40,148 bases of DNA, taken from contig JANLTL010000540.1 of NCBI GenBank assembly GCA_031362905.1, positions 1-40,148 of the forward strand, written 5' to 3'. Below are positions 34,773-40,148 of the stretch, piece after piece. The stretch comes from Burkholderiales bacterium. Lineage in GTDB: Bacteria; Pseudomonadota; Gammaproteobacteria; Burkholderiales; JAEUOS01. A program made the position numbers and the translations under genes. Numbering within the stretch: the first letter of the stretch is position 1; each line of letters starts with the position of its first letter. The notes beneath the pieces are model-generated. The model worked only from the letters and a program-made list of their open reading frames with translations, ran no database searches and was not told the origin of the DNA.

Positions 34773-35975
34773 GTGTCATCGCGCTACGCATTCCTCATGC
34801 TGCGGCGCCGCTTTCTGGGTCACGCCGTCTTGAGCATTTGCGCGGCGCCGCACCTGGCCGGCGCGCAAAGCGGCACACACCAAGGCGCTGCGCTTGGCGC
34901 CAACTCGGTGCCGGCCACGGGTGTCGCAGCGGGAAGCACTCGCGCCAGTGCCGTGCGGATGACGCTGGCGGCCGCTGCGTTGGTGCGCACCCTGAGTGCG
35001 CCCAACGCCCGCCGTGCACTGCTGGCGATTGACGCTCCCGAGCGTACCCGTTGGCGCTACACGCCGGGCCATCGCGCCGGCCTGACACTGGGCGAGATGA
35101 ACGCTGCCGAGCGCGCTGCGGTACAGGACTTGCTCGCTGCGGCGCTGTCCGCAGTGGGCCGCGAAAAGGTAACCAACATCATCGAACTTGAGCTCGTGTT
35201 GCGCGAACTGCAAGGTGATTTTCGCGACCCGGATCGCTACACACTGGCGCTATTCGGCACGCCCGGCGCAACACTCTGAGGCTGGCGCTTTGAAGGGCAT
35301 CATCTGTCGCTCAACTTCACGCTGGCGGGAGACCGCGTTGCGCTTGATGCGCCCAGTTTTCTGGGTGCCACACCGGCCACCGTCGCCGGTGGCCCGAAGC
35401 GTGGCCTGCGTGTGCTCGGGGAGGAGGAGGACCGCGCCTGGGCTCTGCTGCACGCGCTCGATGCAACCCAGCGTGACCAGGCAGTGATCGATTCACGCAC
35501 TTACGGCGATATCGTTAGCGGTACCCCGGCCCGGCTCGATCCGATGAAGCCGGAGGGCCTGCGCGCGGATCGCTTGAACCCTGCACAGTTTGCACTGCTC
35601 CAGGAACTAATCGCCGTATTCGCCGGCACGTTTAGCGCCGACTTGCGCGACGCAAGGCTGGCGCGCGCCCAAGCCGGCGCGGCGGACACCCTGTATTTTT
35701 CGTGGGCCGGGTCCACCCGGAGGGGCGGACGCTACTACTACCGGATTCAGGGTGCGCAATTTTTGATCGAGTTTGACGCGTCTCAAGACGGCGGCAATCA
35801 CTTGCACTCGGTGTGGCGGGATTTTGCGAGGGATTTCGGCGCACACCTGCAAGGAGCGAACCAAACCAGTGACGCCACCAAGTCTCGGCCGGGTACGCCA
35901 TTTGGACGCGACCTGCTGCGTGACCACTACGCTGCGTTTGACCGGCCAGGGCTGCGTGCAGCGCACCGGCACTGA
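34773..35975 (+). pseudogene. DUF3500 family protein with a Tat-type signal, interrupted by one in-frame TGA
   Basis: The ORFs at 34773-35279 and 35412-35975 are in the same frame, and the only stop between them is the TGA at 35277-35279. Reading through gives ...RDPDRYTLALFGTPGATL*GWRFEGHHLSLNFTLAG...YYYRIQGAQFLIEFDASQDGGNHLHSVWRDF..., the DUF3500 core as I recall it. The N-terminus MLRRRFLGHAVLSICAAPHLAGA has an RRxFL twin-arginine motif. Confidence 0.7.
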
Positions 35976-36034
35976 TTGGCCCCCTGCAGGTCCGTCGGCA
36001 GAGGTTGCCCGCCTGGCGCTGCGGTAAACCGGGG

Positions 36035-36235
36035 TTATTTGGCCCGCTCAGGGCTGTAACCGGCCTCGCGGATCGCTGTTTGCAATAACGCGGCATCCAC
36101 GTGCGACGCCACCTGCACGCGATGTGCCGTCAGGTCAATCTCGACTTCGGCTGCGCCATCGACGGCTTTGACCGCCTTGGTGATGGTGGCGGCGCAATGG
36201 CCGCAGGTCATGTCGCTGACTTGAAACTGGATCAT
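36035..36235 (-). CDS. copZ: Copper chaperone, heavy-metal-associated domain (CopZ-like)
   Basis: 66 aa with the MTCGHCAATITKAV (MxCxxC) motif. GAGGAG Shine-Dalgarno 7 nt upstream of the ATG. Confidence 0.85.
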   Translation of the reverse strand: MIQFQVSDMTCGHCAATITKAVKAVDGAAEVEIDLTAHRVQVASHVDAALLQTAIREAGYSPERAK

Positions 36236-36270
36236 GAAGGGCTCCTCTATCAGGATGGAACGAAAAAATC

Positions 36271-36301
36271 AGTATGAACCTTCCCACGATGGCAAAGTCA
36301 A
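36271..36301 (-). promoter_or_regulatory. MerR/CueR-type promoter of copZ (19-bp spacer)
   Basis: The minus strand reads TTGACT-TTGCCATCGTGGGAAGGTT-CATACT: a -35 hexamer, a 19-nt spacer holding an imperfect dyad (TTGCCA/TGGGAA), and a -10 hexamer. The element ends about 35 nt upstream of the copZ ATG. Confidence 0.6.
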
Positions 36302-36348
36302 GCCTTTGATCCTGATCAAGCCCTCTACTGCAGATTGACGCAAACTGC

Positions 36349-36379
36349 TTGACATTCCCACCATGGGAAGCTTCAAGCT
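36349..36379 (+). promoter_or_regulatory. MerR/CueR-type promoter of copA (19-bp spacer)
   Basis: TTGACA-TTCCCACCATGGGAAGCTT-CAAGCT: a consensus -35 hexamer, a 19-nt spacer holding the perfect dyad TTCCCA-cca-TGGGAA, and a weak -10 hexamer. The layout is the same as I recall for E. coli PcopA. Confidence 0.6.
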
Positions 36380-36411
36380 GCTTGTCATCCACTCCATCCA
36401 CGCGTGCCGAC

Positions 36412-38829
36412 ATGAGCAACACCCTGACCCTGTCGATTGAAGGCATGACCTGCGCCTCCTGTGTGGCGCGCGTCGAGAAGGCGATCGCCAAGGTGCCGGG
36501 CGTCGAGCAGGCAAGCGTCAACCTCGCCACCGAAGCCGCCACCATTACCTCTGCAGGCGCGCCCCCGGCCGCTGCCGTCGCACAGGCCATCGTCGACGCC
36601 GGTTACGAAGTGGGCCATCAGGACATCACGCTCGACATCCACGGCATGACCTGCGCCTCCTGCGTCAGCCGGGTGGAGAAGGCGCTCAAGGCGGTACCGG
36701 GTGTGACTGCTGCGGAAGTCAACCTCGCGACAGAGCGCGCAACCGTGCAGCTGCTCAAGTCAGCCACCAGCGGCGCGGCGCTGGTCGCTGCCGTGTCGCG
36801 TGCTGGCTATGAGGCAGCAGTGCATGCGGAGGATCAAGCCGTGACCGTAGGTGAGGAGCAGCGCGACCTGTGGCGCGAGCGGATGCCGGTGATCGCCGGC
36901 GTGCTGCTCTCGGCGCCGCTGGCGCTGCCGATGTTTGGCGACTTGTTCGGCAAACACTGGATGCTGCCGGCGTGGATGCAATTTGTACTTGCCACTCCGG
37001 TGCAGTTCTGGCTCGGAGCACGCTTTTACCGCGCCGGCTGGGGGGCACTCAAGGCCGGCACCGGCAACATGGATTTGCTGGTGGCACTCGGCACGTCCGC
37101 CGCCTATGGCCTCTCGATGTATATGTGGCTTGACGGTGTGAAAAATGCGCCGGAAGCCATGGTGCACCTGTACTTTGAAGGGTCGGCCGTCGTGATCACG
37201 CTGGTGCTGCTCGGCAAATACCTCGAAGTGCGCGCCAAACGCCAGACCACCGGTGCGATCCGCGCCTTGCAGGCCTTGAAAGCACCGACCGCGCGCGTGT
37301 TGCGCGATGGTGTCGAATCCGAAGTGCCGCTTGATGCCGTGATCGTCGGCGATCTGGTCGTGGTGCGGCCGGGCGAGCGCGTTCCGGTCGATGGCGATAT
37401 TGCGGTGGGGGCCACCCATGCGGATGAATCCCTGATCACCGGCGAGAGCCTGCCGGTTGCGAAGAATGTCGGCAGCCGCGTCACCGGCGGCGCGGTCAAC
37501 GGCGAAGGATTGATCCAGGTGCGCACCACCGCCATTGGCGCCGAAACCGCGCTGGCGCGCATCATCCGCCTGGTCGAATCGGCACAGGCCAAGAAGGCGC
37601 CGATCCAGCGCCTGGTCGATCAGGTCAGCGCCGTGTTCGTTCCCGTCGTGCTGGCAATTGCGGCCATCACCTTGCTTGCGTGGGGCTTGTCAGATGGCAA
37701 CTGGGAACGCGCCGTCATCAACGCGGTGTCCGTGCTGGTGATCGCCTGTCCGTGTGCGCTGGGCCTGGCCACGCCCACCGCCATCATGGCCGGCACCGGC
37801 GTTGCCGCCAAATACGGCATCCTGATCAAGGACGCCGAAGCGCTTGAAGTAGCCCACGCGATCAACGTGGTGGCTTTCGACAAGACCGGCACGCTCACCG
37901 AAGGCCGCCCCACCATCACGGCCCTTCAGGCGGCAGACGGCGATGAAGCGACACTGCTGAAGATGGCAGCAAGTCTGCAGGCGGGCAGCGAACATCCGCT
38001 GGCGCGTGCTGTCGGCGCTGCCGCTCAAGCGCGCGGCATCACGCTTCTCGCGGCCACCGATTTCAAGGCCCTGCCGGGTCGTGGCGTGGAAGCGCGCGTG
38101 GACGGGCGCACCCTCAAGCTCGGTAGCGCGCGCATGCTTGAAGAAACGGGTCTAGACCAGGGCAGCTTGCGGGGCCGTGCCATTGAACTCGCTGCACAAG
38201 GCAACACGGTCTCGTGGCTGATTGAATGCGCGCCGAATCGCGTGCTCGGCCTGCTCGCCTTCGGTGACACACTCAAGGCCACCGCGGCCCTTGCGGTATC
38301 GCGCCTGCACGCCCAGGGCATTCATACGGTGCTGCTATCGGGCGACAACCAGGGCGCCGCACAAGCAGCGGCAAGCAAACTGGGCATTGAATCGGTGCGT
38401 GCCGAAGTGCTGCCCGGCGACAAGGCCGAGGTGGTGGCTGAGCTCAAGCTGCAGCCGGCAAGCAGCCAGGGCAACGCGAAGCCCTACAAGGTCGCGATGG
38501 TCGGTGACGGCATCAACGATGCCCCCGCACTCGCCGCCGCCGATGTCGGCATCGCCATGGGCACCGGCACCGATGCGGCGATGCACGCCGCCGGCATCAC
38601 GTTGATGCGCGGCAACCCGGCGCTGGTGGCCGATGCCATCGCGATTTCGCGGCGCACCTATTCGAAGATTCGCCAGAACCTGTTCTGGGCCTTCATTTAC
38701 AACTTGATCGGCGTGCCATTGGCCGCATTTGGCTTGTTGAACCCGGTGATTGCCGGTGCGGCGATGGCGTTTTCCAGCGTGAGCGTCGTCGGCAACGCGC
38801 TGCTGCTCAAACGCTGGAAACCGGAATGA
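36412..38829 (+). CDS. copA: Cu(I)-translocating P1B-type ATPase
   Basis: Two N-terminal HMA domains ([14 protein letters not shown] and [14 protein letters not shown]). Also TGES, the membrane CPC motif ([13 protein letters not shown]), the phosphorylation site DKTGTLT, and the hinge [10 protein letters not shown] chose the ATG at 36412; the track start at 36349 is the promoter's -35 TTGACA. Confidence 0.92.
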   Translation: MSNTLTLSIEGMTCASCVARVEKAIAKVPGVEQASVNLATEAATITSAGAPPAAAVAQAIVDAGYEVGHQDITLDIHGMTCASCVSRVEKALKAVPGVTAAEVNLATERATVQLLKSATSGAALVAAVSRAGYEAAVHAEDQAVTVGEEQRDLWRERMPVIAGVLLSAPLALPMFGDLFGKHWMLPAWMQFVLATPVQFWLGARFYRAGWGALKAGTGNMDLLVALGTSAAYGLSMYMWLDGVKNAPEAMVHLYFEGSAVVITLVLLGKYLEVRAKRQTTGAIRALQALKAPTARVLRDGVESEVPLDAVIVGDLVVVRPGERVPVDGDIAVGATHADESLITGESLPVAKNVGSRVTGGAVNGEGLIQVRTTAIGAETALARIIRLVESAQAKKAPIQRLVDQVSAVFVPVVLAIAAITLLAWGLSDGNWERAVINAVSVLVIACPCALGLATPTAIMAGTGVAAKYGILIKDAEALEVAHAINVVAFDKTGTLTEGRPTITALQAADGDEATLLKMAASLQAGSEHPLARAVGAAAQARGITLLAATDFKALPGRGVEARVDGRTLKLGSARMLEETGLDQGSLRGRAIELAAQGNTVSWLIECAPNRVLGLLAFGDTLKATAALAVSRLHAQGIHTVLLSGDNQGAAQAAASKLGIESVRAEVLPGDKAEVVAELKLQPASSQGNAKPYKVAMVGDGINDAPALAAADVGIAMGTGTDAAMHAAGITLMRGNPALVADAIAISRRTYSKIRQNLFWAFIYNLIGVPLAAFGLLNPVIAGAAMAFSSVSVVGNALLLKRWKPE

Positions 38830-38917
38830 TGTTCTCGAACAACTATTTTGAGAATCCTGGAAAGTCAGCCACATGAAACCCGTCCCCAGCAGTACCGTCA
38901 ACACTGGCACCATCCAC

Positions 38918-39346
38918 ATGGGCACCGTCAACATTGGCGACGCCGCCAAAGCGTCGGGTGTATCGGCCAAGATGATTCGCCACTACGAATCGATCGGCTT
39001 GATCCCATCGGCCGGGCGCACCGAATCGGGCTATCGCACCTATGCCGAGACCGATCTGCATCGCCTGCGCTTCGTCAAGCGCGCCCGCGCCCTGGGGTTT
39101 TCGATCAAACAGATCGAGGCGCTGCTGGCGCTGTGGGGTGATCGGCGCCGCTCCAGCGCCAAGGTGAAAGCGCTGACGCAAAAGCACATCGACGAGCTGG
39201 AAGGGAAGATTGCCGAAATGCAGGCGATGAAGCAGGCCCTGCAGCAACTGGCGCAGCAATGTCATGGCGACGACCGGCCGGATTGCCCCATCCTCGATGA
39301 TCTGGCGGCGGAACAAAACAAGTCCAAAACGGGTCACAGGTGTTGA
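38918..39346 (+). CDS. cueR: Cu(I)-responsive MerR family regulator (CueR)
   Basis: HTH region VNIGDAAKASGVSAKMIRHYESIGLI...GYRTY. Dimerisation helix. Metal loop CHGDDRPDC (Cys-x7-Cys). The start is ambiguous: ATG 38918 gives a typical CueR N-terminus, while ATG 38873 adds 15 aa. Confidence 0.88.
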   Translation: MGTVNIGDAAKASGVSAKMIRHYESIGLIPSAGRTESGYRTYAETDLHRLRFVKRARALGFSIKQIEALLALWGDRRRSSAKVKALTQKHIDELEGKIAEMQAMKQALQQLAQQCHGDDRPDCPILDDLAAEQNKSKTGHRC

Positions 39347-39387
39347 TCGCGCGGCTGATTCAAGCAGCGTAGATAACAAAGTTGTAA

Positions 39388-39416
39388 TTGCAAACGTCTT
39401 TTAAACCCACTATAGT
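39388..39416 (+). promoter_or_regulatory. Near-consensus sigma-70 promoter positioned for a leaderless transcript
   Basis: TTGCAA (39388-39393), a 17-nt spacer, then TATAGT (39411-39416). The ATG of the next ORF starts at 39423, the seventh nt after the -10 hexamer. No Shine-Dalgarno sequence lies in between. Confidence 0.55.
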
Positions 39417-39422
39417 CGCCAG

Positions 39423-39842
39423 ATGATTCGATCCAAGACACTTCGAAGTGCCGCCCGGCTTTTGCTGGGTGCCTTCATCGCTGCATATGCGATGGTGTCG
39501 ATGCCTGTTTACGCCAAGGCACCGCAGCCGGGGCAACCGGCAACTCCTGAGACAGCGGTGTTGGTCGAATTGGCTCCCGAGAAGCACTGCCAGGAACATG
39601 CGCAGCCGCAGGTTGACCCGGCACTGCTCCTGTGTAAGTTCCATTGCCTGAGCGAAATCCAGACTCTGGATCACCCTGAAGCGAGTGTGCCCGCACTGGC
39701 CGATGTATTAGTGCTGCTGGTTCCCGTAGAAGATTCGCACACTACTCGGAAACCGTTGGTAGGTAATGCTCTCCGGTCTGAAGCCAACCATCACGGCGGC
39801 TCCCCGCCGCTGTATGTAAGCACTGCGCGCCTGCGCATTTGA
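39423..39842 (+). CDS. Hypothetical secreted protein with Cys/His motifs
   Basis: 139-aa ORF. Signal-peptide-like N-terminus MIRSKTLRSAARLLLGAFIAAYAMVSMPVYA-KA. Motifs HCQEH and CKFHC. GC content is visibly lower than the window average. I do not recognise a family. Confidence 0.5.
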   Translation: MIRSKTLRSAARLLLGAFIAAYAMVSMPVYAKAPQPGQPATPETAVLVELAPEKHCQEHAQPQVDPALLLCKFHCLSEIQTLDHPEASVPALADVLVLLVPVEDSHTTRKPLVGNALRSEANHHGGSPPLYVSTARLRI

Positions 39843-39864
39843 TTCCTTGACGCTAGTGAATTGC

Positions 39865-39894
39865 CGTGTCCTCATGAGAGGACGCGGAGGTTTT
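39865..39894 (+). terminator. Hairpin plus short T-run (weak terminator or attenuator)
   Basis: CGTGTCCTC-atga-GAGGACGCG forms a 9-bp stem with one G-U pair, followed by gaggTTTT. It lies between the 139-aa ORF and the next ORF. Confidence 0.3.
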
Positions 39895-39916
39895 CATTCA
39901 TCGTCAAGGAGTCATC

Positions 39917-40148
39917 ATGTTTTCCAAAAGTCTCTGCACTGCGGCGGCGCTCGTCACCGCTGGCGCTGCATCGGCGCAATCGCCTCACTCGAACCACTCG
40001 TCTCCTCCAGCCGCATCCGCAAAATACGAATCGGCGTTCGGCGGCTACCAATCATATATCAACGAAAAGCGCGCTAACTGGCGCGATGTCAACGACACCG
40101 CTGGTCTGCTCGGCGGCCACAACGCGCATTTGCGCGAGATTGAAAAAA
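39917..40148 (+). CDS. Partial ORF (the 3' end lies right of the window): secreted protein, possibly the N-terminus of a heavy-metal efflux component
   Basis: AGGAG lies 6 nt upstream of the ATG at 39917, and the frame stays open to the window end. My own translation is MFSKSLCTAAALVTAGAASAQSPHSNHSSPPAASAKYESAFGGYQSYINEKRANWRDVNDTAGLLGGHNAHLREIEK. It has a signal peptide. The W-x-x-(A/V)ND...GGH pattern reminds me of the N-termini of CusC/CzcC-type outer membrane factors; that assignment rests on memory only. This ORF is not in the supplied track because it has no stop codon. Confidence 0.45.
   Translation, partial: MFSKSLCTAAALVTAGAASAQSPHSNHSSPPAASAKYESAFGGYQSYINEKRANWRDVNDTAGLLGGHNAHLREIEK

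Noticed and set aside
35277-35279. TGA in the DUF3500 gene as a selenocysteine codon
   Set aside because: I see no convincing stem-loop immediately downstream that would serve as a bacterial SECIS. The family position is a conserved Trp rather than Cys/Sec, and no sel genes are in the window. Nonsense mutation, sequencing error or Trp read-through are more parsimonious.
1-40148. Mobile elements, prophage, defence islands, and tRNA or rRNA genes
   Set aside because: I recognised no transposase, integrase, recombinase, restriction, Cas, toxin-antitoxin or phage structural motifs in any frame. I found no terminal inverted repeats or tRNA-like cloverleaf sequence in the intergenic gaps. The window looks like core chromosome, apart from the compositional shift after about 39350.

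Overview
High-GC chromosomal segment that looks betaproteobacterial (Burkholderiales-like, judged only from gene content such as a Bug/TctC binding protein and NDUFA9-like and MidA-like genes). It is densely packed with about 30 protein genes. Most are housekeeping or catabolic: a partial flavin monooxygenase, a PAS-rich hybrid histidine kinase, ttcA, a pteridine-reductase-like SDR, a MidA-like methyltransferase, a diheme cytochrome c, two GSTs flanking cca, an NDUFA9-like SDR, slt and a class V aminotransferase. An aromatic amino-acid block follows (fused indolepyruvate:ferredoxin oxidoreductase, Lrp regulator, hppD-phhB-phhA), then a BisC-like molybdoenzyme plus SDR, and an amidase / DapA-like / Bug cluster. 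The right end carries a copper module (copZ, copA, cueR) with two recognisable MerR-type promoters. I found no rRNA, tRNA, CRISPR array, transposase, integrase or phage genes. The least explained part is 15309-20953: a soluble class III nucleotide cyclase fused to an FHA domain, followed 71 nt later by a 1540-aa, almost purely alpha-helical Ala/Glu/Arg/Gln-rich protein. That giant has one C-terminal transmembrane helix and a Pro/Ala-rich extracytoplasmic tail. I propose these two genes as a candidate uncharacterised cyclic-nucleotide signalling and scaffold pair. Other points worth a second look:
- a receiver-domain pseudogene with two frameshifts, paralogous to the neighbouring kinase;
- a DUF3500 gene interrupted by one in-frame TGA at a conserved Trp position;
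- a 14-bp x4 tandem repeat overlapping the amidase stop codon;
- a near-consensus promoter placed to give a leaderless mRNA for a Cys/His-motif secreted protein;
- a Cca enzyme with no HD signature.
Many long ORFs in the supplied track are antisense or upstream-extension artefacts of the high GC content, and I trimmed or rejected them.
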